Positions 8,956 through 20,363 of a stretch of 64,000 bases of DNA are shown here, one piece after another. The DNA comes from an uncultured Fibrobacteria bacterium (lineage in GTDB: Bacteria; Fibrobacterota; Fibrobacteria; UBA11236): the NCBI GenBank assembly GCA_963716395.1, contig OY970309.1:2720001-2784000 (forward strand), in the 5' to 3' direction. The notes under the pieces were generated by a model that saw only the letters and a program-made list of their open reading frames with translations, was not told where the DNA came from and made no database searches. Each line of letters starts with the position of its first letter. Position 1 is the first letter of the stretch. Position numbers and translations under genes: made by a program.

Positions 8956-10830
8956 TCAACCCAGCACGGCGGCGAGAAGGCCGTTGACCTTGGCCACGTA
9001 ACCCGCGGGATCGGTGATGGCCGAACCTTCGGCCAGCAGGGCCTGATCCACCAGCACCCCGTACCAATCGGGCAGTTTGGCGTTCTGGGGATCGGCTTCG
9101 AACAGCGCGTGCAGCTTGTGGATGATGGGATGCTCGGGATTGATTTCGAGCACGCGTTTGCTTTCCTTCACCTTCTGGTTGGCCGCTTTGAGAATGCGTT
9201 CGAGGTTGGCGCCGAGGTCGCCCTCGTCGGCCACCAGGCAGCACGGACTTTCGCTCAACCGCGTGGTGACCCGCACTTCCTTGAGCAGGCCCGACATTTT
9301 TTCTTCGAAGTCCTGCATGAATTTCTTGTACTGGCTTTGCGCCTCCTTGCGCTGCTGCTTTTCGTCTTTGGACAAATCGCCCAAATCGAGATCGCCCTTG
9401 GCCGCGCTCACCAGTTTCTTGCCGTCGAATTCGGTGAGGCTTTGCACCACCCATTCGTCGATGGGATCGATCAAGTACAGCACTTCAAGGTCTTTTTTGC
9501 GGAACACTTCGAGGTGCGGGCTGCTTTCGGCGCCCTTGCGGTTTTCGGCCGTGATGTAATAGATGTCTTTCTGGCCGCTTTTCATGCCCAGCACATAATC
9601 CTGCAAACCCGTCACGCCGTCGTCCTGGGTCTTGCTGGAGGTGAAGCGCACGAGTTGCTTCAGGGTGTCGAGATTGTCGAAGTTCATGTGAAAACCTTCT
9701 TTCATCACGTTGCCGAATTCTTTCCAGAAGGTTGTGTACTTATCGGGTTCGGATTTGGCCATGGTTTCGAGCAGGTTCAACACTTTCTTGGTCGTGGCCT
9801 GTTCGATTTTCCGGATCACCGCGTTTTTCTGCAGCATCTCGCGCGACACGTTGAGCGGCAAATCTTCGGAGTCGACGATGCCGCGCACGAAGCGTAGGTA
9901 CGCCGGCAAAAGCTCTTTGCAGTCGTTCAGAATGAAGACGCGCCGCACATACAGCGACAGCCCGTTGCGCTGTTCGGGAAAGTACAGATCGAACGGAGCT
10001 TTGGCGGGAATGTACACCAGCGAGATGTACTCCAAGGCGCCTTCGACCTGGCTGTGGGCAAAGGCCAGCGGGTCGCCCTCTTCGTGCGTCAGGTGGCGGT
10101 AGAATTCGTCGTATTGCTCCTTGGTGATCTCGGCCTTGGGCCGGCGCCACAGCGGGGGCTTGGTGTTGAGCACCTCTTCTTTGCCGTCTTTGTCGAGCAG
10201 GGCGATGGGGTGCGCGAGGTACTCGCTGTATTTGCGCACCACGCTGCGGATTTTCCAGTCTTCCAGAAATTCGAGATGCTCTTCCTTGAGGTGGATTTCG
10301 AGATCGGTGCCGCGCCCCGGCTTGTCGGACTCTTCCAGGGTGTAGGTGCCGTCGCCGGTCGATTCCCAGCGCAGGGCGGGGGCCGCGTCGCCGAGGCGGC
10401 GCGTAGTCAAGGTGACCCGGTCGGCCACCATGAACACCGAGTAGAATCCCACGCCGAACTGTCCGATGAGACTCATGTCTTTTTTCTGATCGCCGGTGAG
10501 GTGCTCCAAAAATTTCTTGGTGCCCGAAGAGGCGATGGTGCCGATGTTCTGGATCAGCTCTTCGCGGCTCATGCCGATGCCGTTGTCGGAGAGGCGCAGG
10601 ATTTTCGCGTCTTTGTCGGCCGCGATGCGGATTTTGAAGGTCGGGTCGTCGCCCAGAATCTCGACCTGGGTCAGCGATTCGAAACGCGCCTTGTCGATGG
10701 CGTCCGAAGCGTTGGAAATCAATTCGCGCAGAAAAACCTCGGGATGCGAATACAGAGAATGAATCATGAGGTTCAGCAATTGCTTGACCTCGGCTTGGAA
10801 TTCCATCTTTTGCGGGGCTTCGGTGGTCAT
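8956..10830 (-). CDS. htpG: Chaperone HtpG (Hsp90)
   Basis: FLRELISNASDA, DNGIGM, IGQFGVGFYS, DSEDLPLNVSRE, LEINPEHP. Confidence 0.97.
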   Translation of the reverse strand: MTTEAPQKMEFQAEVKQLLNLMIHSLYSHPEVFLRELISNASDAIDKARFESLTQVEILGDDPTFKIRIAADKDAKILRLSDNGIGMSREELIQNIGTIASSGTKKFLEHLTGDQKKDMSLIGQFGVGFYSVFMVADRVTLTTRRLGDAAPALRWESTGDGTYTLEESDKPGRGTDLEIHLKEEHLEFLEDWKIRSVVRKYSEYLAHPIALLDKDGKEEVLNTKPPLWRRPKAEITKEQYDEFYRHLTHEEGDPLAFAHSQVEGALEYISLVYIPAKAPFDLYFPEQRNGLSLYVRRVFILNDCKELLPAYLRFVRGIVDSEDLPLNVSREMLQKNAVIRKIEQATTKKVLNLLETMAKSEPDKYTTFWKEFGNVMKEGFHMNFDNLDTLKQLVRFTSSKTQDDGVTGLQDYVLGMKSGQKDIYYITAENRKGAESSPHLEVFRKKDLEVLYLIDPIDEWVVQSLTEFDGKKLVSAAKGDLDLGDLSKDEKQQRKEAQSQYKKFMQDFEEKMSGLLKEVRVTTRLSESPCCLVADEGDLGANLERILKAANQKVKESKRVLEINPEHPIIHKLHALFEADPQNAKLPDWYGVLVDQALLAEGSAITDPAGYVAKVNGLLAAVLG

Positions 10831-10900
10831 GGTTCTCTCCTGGCTTCAATGCTTCGGGGCTGAAAAATTAGGTACCCCGGACCCCGGACCCAAGGCTGTT

Positions 10901-10932
10901 TCAAGCTGCGACAAGATCAAGCTGCGACAAGA
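10901..10932. repeat. Perfect 16-bp tandem repeat (TCAAGCTGCGACAAGA x2) upstream of htpG
   Basis: Read directly from the sequence. Confidence 0.9.
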
Positions 10933-10972
10933 TAAAGGGTAGGCGCCAGCCCTTCGATACCCCTCCCTAAGC

Positions 10973-11647
10973 TCAGGAAGCAAGCTTTGGGAGGGTGGGT
11001 AAGCCCTTCGAACCCGCCGCCGGAGCCGTTCCCAGCAATTCGGCGGCCGCCGCGACCGCCGCGCGCAACGCCTGGATTTTATCGCGCGCCGGTTGCGGCA
11101 GGTTTTTTTCGCGCAATATTTCTTCGGCCAGCAAATCCAAGCCGTTGAAACGCTGTCGCAATCGCGGCCACGGCGTTTCGGCTTCGGGGTGCGCGGCGGT
11201 TTGGGTTACGCGCAATTCGAGGTCGAAGCCGGCCGGATCCGAACCCGCGGGCCGGGAAAAAGCCAGCGGCTGCATGGCATACGCCGACAGCAATCCCGCG
11301 TGGTAGAGTTCCCAGGCCGCTTCGCGGAACGGATTCAGCGTCTTGCGCTGCAACAGCACTTCGCCACCCACAAACGGCAGCTTGAAAGCCCCGGGAAAAG
11401 CGACTTCGAGTTCGAAGGAGTACGCCAGGCTGCGGATGAATTCCTGCAAATCGGCCGAGAGAAAACCCTGGGCCTTCAGGTATAGGCCCTGCAAATATCC
11501 GCCGCCCCGGAGGATGGACGGAAATGGATCGGGCAAAGCGGCGCCGCTTTCGTCCAGGGCCAAATCCAGGGCAGAGTTCATTTCCTCGAGATGGGCCAGA
11601 AGCTGGCCGACCTGACGCTGGGCGTCGGCGAACAAATCCGAATCCAT
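10973..11647 (-). CDS. Hypothetical protein
   Basis: 224-aa ORF with host-like codon use; fills the gap between htpG and queE. Confidence 0.7.
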   Translation of the reverse strand: MDSDLFADAQRQVGQLLAHLEEMNSALDLALDESGAALPDPFPSILRGGGYLQGLYLKAQGFLSADLQEFIRSLAYSFELEVAFPGAFKLPFVGGEVLLQRKTLNPFREAAWELYHAGLLSAYAMQPLAFSRPAGSDPAGFDLELRVTQTAAHPEAETPWPRLRQRFNGLDLLAEEILREKNLPQPARDKIQALRAAVAAAAELLGTAPAAGSKGLPTLPKLAS

Positions 11648-11721
11648 GGCGGCAAAGGTAGAACCCGCTTCCGCTCGTAGGCGCCGCTTACACCGGTCGG
11701 TACCGAATTATCTTGACCCGC

Positions 11722-12339
11722 ATGGAAGAAGCACGCTTGCGGCTCACCGAGATTTTTTACTCGCTGCAAGGCGAAGGCTTTCACGCCGGCACCCCGGCGG
11801 TGTTCGTGCGCGGCGCCGGCTGCAATCTGGCCTGCGTTTTCTGCGATACCGATTTCTCCTTGCAAGAACGCCTGGCCGCCGAAGCCGTAGCGGAGCGGGT
11901 GGCGGAGTATCCGGCGCGTTTCGTGGTGTTGACCGGCGGCGAACCCACGGCTCAGGCCCCCGCCTTCCGGCGGCTGGTGGAATTGCTGCATGCCCGCGGT
12001 TGCTTCGTCGCTTTGGAAACCAACGGCACTTCCCAAGACACCTTGGGCGCCGACTGGGTTACGGTCAGCCCCAAGCTGAGCCAGGGCGGCGAATGGAAGC
12101 TGCGCCGGGGCGACGAACTCAAGCTGCTGTACGAAGGCCAGGATTTGGCCGACTTCGAGCAAGCCGAATTCGACCATTATTTTCTCCAACCCAAGGAAAT
12201 CCGCACCGGGGCTTTCGGCGCCGGCGCGCGCGACGTCGCAGCCACCCGGCGCGAGTGGGAGCGCACCGTGGCCGCCGCGCTGGCGCGTCCGCGCTGGCGC
12301 CTGTCATTTCAACTGCACAAGGAGTTGGGATTGCGGTGA
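11722..12339 (+). CDS. queE: 7-carboxy-7-deazaguanine synthase (radical SAM)
   Basis: EIFYSLQGEG, CNLACVFCDT, TGGEP, ETNG, VTVSPK, QLHK. Confidence 0.93.
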   Translation: MEEARLRLTEIFYSLQGEGFHAGTPAVFVRGAGCNLACVFCDTDFSLQERLAAEAVAERVAEYPARFVVLTGGEPTAQAPAFRRLVELLHARGCFVALETNGTSQDTLGADWVTVSPKLSQGGEWKLRRGDELKLLYEGQDLADFEQAEFDHYFLQPKEIRTGAFGAGARDVAATRREWERTVAAALARPRWRLSFQLHKELGLR

Positions 12340-12490
12340 AAATTTCCAAGTGCCGTCCGCGAATTTCCAATTTCAAAATGAAGGCCGTTCCCCGTGAAGA
12401 TGGCGATGGATGGCGCGCCGGAACCATGTCGGGCAGCGCGGCCGATTTTCATTTGCAATGTCACAACGGCAATTTGCACTTTGCAAGACG

Positions 12491-13237
12491 ATGCCAGCGA
12501 AATTGAACCGCGCCTGTCTGGTGGTGTTTTCCGGCGGGCAGGATTCCACCACCTGCCTGTATTGGGCGCGGCGCGCCTTCGCAGCCGTGGAAGCGGTCTT
12601 CTTCGATTACGGCCAGCGCCATCGCTCCGAACTTCTGGCCGCGCAAATCATTGCTTGGAAGGCGCAGGTGCCGCTGCGCCTCTTCCGCCTCGATTTTTTT
12701 CGCGAGCTCAAGGGCAACGCCTTGACCGATGCGTCCTTGGCTTTGGATTCGACCCCGGAGACCGGCGACTTGCCCAACACCTTCGTGCCGGGCCGCAACC
12801 TGCTCTTCCTGACCCAGGCCGCGGCCTATGCGTATACGCAAGGCATTCACGATCTTGTCACCGGCATCTGCCAAACCGATTACAGCGGCTATCCCGATTG
12901 CCGCGAAGAAACCCGGCGCGCCTTGCAGCGGGCCCTGCACCTGGGGCTTGACTGGCAGGCGCGCCGCAAAACCTTGCGCCTGCACGCGCCGCTCATGTTC
13001 AAGACCAAGGCCGAGAGCATTGTGCGGGCGCGGGAATGGGGCGCTTTGGAAATGCTGGCTTTCACCCACACCTGTTATGCGGGCACGTATCCGCCCTGCG
13101 GCCGCTGTGCCGCCTGTCGGTTGCGCGCCAAAGGGTTCGCCGAAGCCGGAGTGGACGATCCGCTCTTGGCCAGAGTAGAATCGGAAAACGGGCGGGCACC
13201 GCAAGCGCCGACCGAATCAAAACAAGAATGGAGTTGA
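12491..13237 (+). CDS. queC: 7-cyano-7-deazaguanine synthase
   Basis: FSGGQDSTT, DYGQRH, TFVPGRN, YPDCR, C-x8-CxxCxxC. Confidence 0.95.
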   Translation: MPAKLNRACLVVFSGGQDSTTCLYWARRAFAAVEAVFFDYGQRHRSELLAAQIIAWKAQVPLRLFRLDFFRELKGNALTDASLALDSTPETGDLPNTFVPGRNLLFLTQAAAYAYTQGIHDLVTGICQTDYSGYPDCREETRRALQRALHLGLDWQARRKTLRLHAPLMFKTKAESIVRAREWGALEMLAFTHTCYAGTYPPCGRCAACRLRAKGFAEAGVDDPLLARVESENGRAPQAPTESKQEWS

Positions 13238-13241
13238 TGAT

Positions 13242-14741
13242 ATGGATAAGTACGATGTTGGCGTCATTGGCTGCGGACCCGGAGGGTTTGCGGCCGCCAT
13301 GCGCGCCCTGGATTTCGGCAAGCACGTTTGCCTGATCGAAGGCGGCAATATCGGGGGCGCGGGCATCATGCACGGGGCCATGACCTCGAAGACGCTGTGG
13401 GAGCTGGCCAAAGATTACGCCATCGCCGCCGCCGTGGATCGCGGTTACCGGGTGGCCGGGCTCATGGTCGATTACCAGGCCGTGCGCGACACCGTGATCC
13501 AGGCCGCCAAGGAAAAGCAATATCAGATCCTGTCGCAGCTCGAAACCTTTTCCCCGGCGCGCTGGAAAGGTCCGGGCTCCATCACGCTTAAGCGCGGCTT
13601 CGCCCGCTTCAACGACATGAATTCGGTCAACGTGTCGCTGCACGGGGGCAGCGAAGAGGCGGTGACCGCCGAACACTTCGTGATCGCCACCGGTTCCAAG
13701 CCGCGGGATTTTCCCGGCATCGTGGTGGACCACGAGCGCATCATCAACTCCGACGGCATTCTCGGATTTCACGCCTTTCCCAAGCGTCTGCTCATCATCG
13801 GCGCGGGCATCATCGGCTGCGAATACGCCAGCATTTTTTCCAACTTCGGCCAGACCAAGGTGCATTTGCTCGATCGCCAGCCCCGCGTCGTGCCCTTCGA
13901 AGACGAGGACATCAGCGCCTTCGTGAGCATGAACCTGGAACAAAAAGGCGTGACCATCCACCACAACGCCATCTTGCGCGCCATCCATAAGCGACCCGAA
14001 TTTCTCGAAGTCGTGGTCGATTACGAAGAGGGCCGCAGCCAGGTGCTCGAAGTCGACGCGGCCCTGGTGTCGGTGGGCCGCACCCCCAGCCTCAGCCTGC
14101 TGGCCCTGGATCGCATCGGCATCACACCCAATGCGCGCGGGGCACTCGACACCGACCCCAATTGCCGCGTGCGCGAAAACATCTACGCCGCAGGCGACGT
14201 AACCCAGCATTCGGCGCTGTACAACGTGGCCGAAATGGAGGGCCGCTACGCCGTCAAGGCTATGTACAGCAAGAACAAGTATCCGCTGCGATACCACAAC
14301 ATGTCGACCATCATGTTCTTCACCCCCGAGGTGGCGGTGGTGGGGTTGAACGAGCAGCAATGCCAGGCCCAGAAAATATCCTACCGCGTGGGAACGTATT
14401 CCAACGCCCTGGTGAACCGCGCGATCGCCATGCGCCGCACCGACGGCTTCGTGAAAATTCTCATCTCCGATGACGGGCAGAACCGCATTCTGGGCATGCG
14501 CGCCGCCGGCCCCCAGGCGTCGAGCACCATCATGGTCATCGCCCAGCTCATGGATCAGGACAAAGGCGTGGAAGAGATCATGAAATCCATCCACCCGCAT
14601 CCGTCCATCACCGAAGGCATTCAGGAATGCCTGCGGCTGCTGACGAGCAAATCGGTGTACAAGCCGCTGGCCTTTCCCGATTACATGCGCGTCCGCGCCT
14701 GGAACCCGGACAAAGGGTATTCCACGGTCAAGATGACCTGA
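13242..14741 (+). CDS. Pyridine nucleotide-disulfide oxidoreductase family flavoprotein (Lpd/SthA-like, lacking the redox cysteines)
   Basis: GCGPGG FAD motif, IATGS, GAGIIGCE, YAAGDV, HPHPSITE; GGAGIMHGAMTSK stands where CxxxxC normally is. Confidence 0.85.
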   Translation: MDKYDVGVIGCGPGGFAAAMRALDFGKHVCLIEGGNIGGAGIMHGAMTSKTLWELAKDYAIAAAVDRGYRVAGLMVDYQAVRDTVIQAAKEKQYQILSQLETFSPARWKGPGSITLKRGFARFNDMNSVNVSLHGGSEEAVTAEHFVIATGSKPRDFPGIVVDHERIINSDGILGFHAFPKRLLIIGAGIIGCEYASIFSNFGQTKVHLLDRQPRVVPFEDEDISAFVSMNLEQKGVTIHHNAILRAIHKRPEFLEVVVDYEEGRSQVLEVDAALVSVGRTPSLSLLALDRIGITPNARGALDTDPNCRVRENIYAAGDVTQHSALYNVAEMEGRYAVKAMYSKNKYPLRYHNMSTIMFFTPEVAVVGLNEQQCQAQKISYRVGTYSNALVNRAIAMRRTDGFVKILISDDGQNRILGMRAAGPQASSTIMVIAQLMDQDKGVEEIMKSIHPHPSITEGIQECLRLLTSKSVYKPLAFPDYMRVRAWNPDKGYSTVKMT

Positions 14742-14750
14742 GCCCGAAAA

Positions 14751-15421
14751 TTAAAATCGAGCCGTGGCGCGTAATCCGAAAGTGGGTTGCCGGTCTTGGT
14801 ACAAACTCAGTTGCGGGAGCAGGGTCAAGGAAGGCGCCGAAGCCGTTTGCGTTGTCTTATGGATGTCGATCAGACTATAAATGAAACCCGCAGAATAAAG
14901 TCCGAGCCCTCCGAGCATCATCACCGTGCCGAGAACTTCGCTGCCTCCGGAAGATTGTGCGCAAGAGGTTGAGCCGTCGCAATCGCTCTCTGCAAATGCG
15001 CTGGAGATACCGCTGCTATGTCAATGACAAATCCCAGTGCCACTAAGCCTCCTCCGCCAAGACGCAGGGTGCTGGCCAATATTCCATCTTCGATGGATCC
15101 GGCATAGAATTGCCCCAGTGAAGGCCCGAAAAGCAAGGTCGAGACGATCAAAACACCTCCGATCGCGCCTTGGCTGTGGGAGGCGAGGTAAAGACCCGCT
15201 CCCATCTCCAACGCCGTGCCTCCCAAACTCAAGACATAGGCCAATCCTTCGGAGTGCGCGTGGGGGCCATCCTCCGCCAGCGGCGTCTCCTCCGAAGGGA
15301 ACGAATCTGCGTAGGTCAAAAAACCGCTCTCGGGCAACATCCCGGAGTCAGCTCGAGACACCGTTTTTGTCTCTCCCGCCGTAGCGGAATCTCTGTCTGC
15401 GGGAAGCAAAGTCTTTTGCAT
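14751..15421 (-). pseudogene. Membrane/exported hypothetical protein with a frameshift near 15000 (or a sequencing indel); true start uncertain
   Basis: The 5' frame encodes TM helices (LLFGPSLGQFYAG). A shifted frame continues AFAESDCDGSTSCAQ...VLGTVMMLGGLGLYSAGFIYSLIDI...FGLRATARF to TAA at 14751. Confidence 0.6.
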
Positions 15422-15694
15422 CGGGGGAATTCCCCCTACCAGCGCGGTGGACCAGGTCAAAATCAAGGCGGCGGGTCGCAGCGTACCGATTGGACGGCCG
15501 CCGGTTTTTGCCGGTAACCGCTTCTGCGGCAAACGTCGCGGATCCTCGGCCGCAGCTGCGCAAATGCACCGGGCGAAATAAAGATGACCGAATGTCACGA
15601 ACGGATCATTTAGCATGGCAAGTTTTATATTGTGAGTTCTGCTTCGGCCCGGCAGCCTGTGAAACCGGGGGCCCGAGCCCAGTGAGGAAGTCCC

Positions 15695-17035
<1,341 letters not shown>

Positions 17036-17060
17036 CCCCGCATCGCAGCGAAGGAAAGAT

Positions 17061-18224
17061 ATGGCCGGCGACGAAGTCCTTTTCACCATCACACGCGATC
17101 ATCTCGACACGGGCCTGCGCGGCTTTCCGGTGGGCACCTGCCCCATCAGCCACGTCGACCCGAATAAGGGCCTGAGTTACGGCGGCTATCCCATCGCGGC
17201 ATTGGCCGAACGCGAACCCGAAGCCGTGATCCATTTGTTGCTGCGCAAAGAGCTGCCGACGCCCCAGCAATTGCAAGCCTTCAAAGCCGAATTGGCGGGC
17301 CACGGAGCCTTGCCGGCCGGCGTGCTGAACCTGTTGCATCAATTCCCGCGGCAGGGGCATCCCATGAAATGGCTGATCGGCGGCCTGGTGGCCATGGGCA
17401 TGTACGAAGGCAAGAATGATTACCGTCACGATTGTCTGAATATGGTGGCGCATTTGCCCGAATTGGCAGCGGCCATTATCCGCTTGCGCTCGGGTTGGGG
17501 CGAACCCATCGCGTCGCGCCCCGAACTGGGGTGGGTGGAAAATTTCACCCACATGCTGGGCGCGCCCGGTTCCAAGCCCGAACTGACGCACTTGCTGCGC
17601 ACTTTCTGCATCCTGCATTTCGATCACGGCGGCGGCAATCTGTCGACCTTCGTGGGCAAGGCCATCGCCTCGGGGCATGAAGACCTTTACGGCGCCCTGG
17701 CCGGCGCCATGGCGGGTTTGGCCGGGCCGTTGCACGGCATGGCGAACCAGGAATGCCTGCGCTTTCTCAAAGAGGTGGCCCGGGCCGTGCCTGACCCCGG
17801 CGACGAGAAGGCGCTGCGCGACTACGTCGAGAACCGTCTCCGTTCCGGCGGCGTGCTGTACGGATTCGGACACGCCGTATTGCGCGTCGAAGATCCGCGC
17901 GCCACGGTGCAATACGCCCTGGGCGAAAAGATTGCGCCCCAGGATCCGCTCTTTCGTCTGGCGGCGTCCTTGCGCAAAGTGGGCAGCGAGGCGCTGAAAA
18001 AGCAAGGGAAGGTTCAGGACCCGTATCCCAATGTCGACGCCGTGTCGGGCTGTTTGCTCAATGCCTGCGGCCTCGGCGACGAAGACTATTACACAGTGCT
18101 GTTCGGCCTGGCGCGCTGTGTGGGCATCGCTGCGCAAATCGTATGGGAGCGCACCGAAGCACGTAACGGCAAAGGCACCCCCATCGTGCGGCCTTCTTAT
18201 TTATATACCGGCCCCAAGCGCTGA
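17061..18224 (+). CDS. gltA: Citrate synthase
   Basis: HFDHGGGNLS, GLAGPLHGMANQE, GFGHAVLRVEDPR, YPNVD. Confidence 0.93.
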   Translation: MAGDEVLFTITRDHLDTGLRGFPVGTCPISHVDPNKGLSYGGYPIAALAEREPEAVIHLLLRKELPTPQQLQAFKAELAGHGALPAGVLNLLHQFPRQGHPMKWLIGGLVAMGMYEGKNDYRHDCLNMVAHLPELAAAIIRLRSGWGEPIASRPELGWVENFTHMLGAPGSKPELTHLLRTFCILHFDHGGGNLSTFVGKAIASGHEDLYGALAGAMAGLAGPLHGMANQECLRFLKEVARAVPDPGDEKALRDYVENRLRSGGVLYGFGHAVLRVEDPRATVQYALGEKIAPQDPLFRLAASLRKVGSEALKKQGKVQDPYPNVDAVSGCLLNACGLGDEDYYTVLFGLARCVGIAAQIVWERTEARNGKGTPIVRPSYLYTGPKR

Positions 18225-18246
18225 CGGTCGGTTCGACACCCCTCGA

Positions 18247-18334
18247 CCGGTTCGACAAGCTCACCGGCCGCTGGTAACAGTACGAAGCTTTGCAAGATTC
18301 AACGCGGCGCGCCCTGAGCCCGTCGAAGGGCGCG
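18247..18334. repeat. REP-like palindrome pair (GGTTCGACAAGCTCACC / CCCTGAGCCCGTCGAAGGG)
   Basis: Two oppositely oriented units of the TTCGAC..GCTCA motif, each closed by its own stem; related units at 10950-10977 and 29978-30058. Confidence 0.7.
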
Positions 18335-18344
18335 TAGTCAGGTT

Positions 18345-18448
18345 GCCACGGCCAGGCACACGAATCCGCCGCCCCATTCCAGTGACGCATAGCGAAAGGT
18401 TGTAATCATCGTTCCGTCGGTATATTTCGCCGCCCCCGACCCGGCATG
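18345..18448 (-). repeat. 104-bp direct repeat, left copy: displaced 3' end of the PPTase gene
   Basis: Identical to 24809-24912. Confidence 0.95.
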
Positions 18449-18813
18449 CTTTTCACGATGGCGGCGATCTTGAAGTCGAATACGGGGTGAAGTCCGGAGC
18501 TAAATGGTCGGCGCTTGCGGTGTCGGCCGACGCGCATGCACGGCCCATGCCGCCGAACTCGGAAGCCGAATTCCTCTTTGAACATTATTGGGGCTACACC
18601 AAGGTTGATTCGGAAACAACCTGTGAATACGCCGTGCGGCACCCGCGCTGGCGGCTGCACGCGGTGAAGCGTTATCGGATCGACTTCGATTTTGGGCGCA
18701 TCTTCGGATCGGAGTTCGCATTCCTGCAAAACCGAAAACCCGACTCGGTATTCATGGCTGAAGGTTCGCCAATTTCAGTTTCAGACAAGAAGAAGATCAC
18801 CCGGCTAAAGTAG
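18449..18813 (+). pseudogene. 5'-truncated DUF2071/YqjF-family gene
   Basis: EFLFEHYWGY, EYAVRHPRW, PDSVFMAEGS match the C-terminal half of the family as recalled; the coding-like frame begins at the repeat boundary. Confidence 0.7.
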
Positions 18814-19313
18814 TGTCTGTATTGAGATCCTAAAAAAGCCCTCCCGCCCCACTTTGGCCGAGGGCAAGATTTCGCGAATAGTTTAAAAACGCACGTCATG
18901 TTCAGCGTCTGGACTATTGATACGTGACGCACTCTCATTCAATAGTAAGGCGTAATCTGCGCGATCCGCGCAATATCACTTTTCTAAAAACGAAAAACGA
19001 ATTTTGGCCATTTTTCATACTTTTGTAGGCTGCTGAATCCCCCTCCTGATTTCGAAAATCCATTTCGAGTCATTACTGATTTGAGTGACGATTGTTCTAT
19101 CCGTAACTTCCTCGTTTCCCGTTTTTTCGCGTCCCCCCTCGCTTTTCAGTCAAATACGCAAGAAAATATTTTTTCCTAATTCCCCTTTTTCCCATCCACT
19201 TCGATTCCTAGACTTTTAATACGCGTTTTGCATTAATGATTGATGAAAGGATGTCACGAGATGTCTTTTCGAAAAACACCCGGCAATACCGCCGGATAAC
19301 CAGGGAGGAGCCG

Positions 19314-19972
19314 ATGCGTTTATCATTCATCGCCTTGATTCTGGGCTTGGCAGCCATGGGGCATAGCCAGGCCAGGGATTGGGGGTTTTCACTTGATACC
19401 ATCCATGAATGGGATGGGGTTACTTATGACGGATCTCATCCTCCTCACCCATTGGAGGATACCATGATATCCGGAATACGGGTGCCGATTCCATTTGGTT
19501 CGACACCGCATGGGTTGAGATTCTTAGTCCTGATTCATCTTATTTTACAAACTTTTATGTCAGTTTTGTTACCATCGGAACTACCAGTTTTCCTGGACCT
19601 TCTTATTGGCCATCACCATCGCCTCGTTTATGGTTCGACCCCAATCGCGATGTTAAGATAATGGTTGCTCGTTTCTTCGGCAGCCTGAAGTCGCAGGATG
19701 TAAAGCCTGATTCGACCACGGCAATTTTGCGCGCCATTTATCAAACGCAAAATCGGGGTCAAGATACAGTGATTGTAATCGGCGATTATCTCAACGAAGA
19801 CTCAGGAATTGTTTCGATTAACCCTCGCGGAGGTCCCGGCAATTCCAAGCAGCCGAACCGTGACGCCATAGGGGTTAACGCCCAAGGCCGCAAGAACACC
19901 CGGGAAAATTCCCAAACCAATCCCGAAACCATTCTTATTCCCCGCGATGCCCGCGGAAAAGGGGATCGGTAA
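19314..19972 (+). pseudogene. Secreted hypothetical protein, copy 1, frameshifted at ~19466
   Basis: ACCATG-ATAT versus ACCATGTATAT in copy 2; otherwise collinear. Confidence 0.8.
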
Positions 19973-20140
19973 ATGAAAACCTTCCACAAAATATTATTGC
20001 TGAGTGTTTTTGTTTCGACAGCAATTTCTTACAGTAACTCTATTGTTACCCACCCCGTCCGCTTCTAAATAGTCCACATTTCGCACGGCCCGACTCCGCC
20101 GAAAAACCTCTCGCGCTCTACAATGCCCTGGGTTCGCGGT
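19973..20140 (+). pseudogene. Truncated 5' fragment of the S8 peptidase gene (signal-peptide region)
   Basis: MKTFHKILLLSVFVSTAISYSNSIVT aligns with the sequence from 21024; homology is lost after ~170 bp. Confidence 0.75.
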
Positions 20141-20363
20141 TGATTCAGCCCCGGTTCAATCCCAATTTTACGACTCGCTTTTTCAAATGGCACTTTTCAC
20201 ACAAATTAGCCGGGTAGATTTCGACAACTTTCCCCTTTTTTTCATCCACTTCGATTCTTAACCTTTTAGCACGCGTTTTGCACTAATCATGGATGGAAGG
20301 ATGTCGCGAGATGTCTTTTCTAAAAACACCCGGCAATACCGCCGGACAACCAAGGAGGAACCG

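Noticed and set aside
12340-12490. preQ1 riboswitch between queE and queC
   Set aside because: No recognisable preQ1 stem-loop with an A-rich tail
11722-13237. Dpd-type 7-deazaguanine DNA-modification system
   Set aside because: No dpdA/tgt-like or other dpd genes nearby; ordinary queuosine synthesis is sufficient explanation
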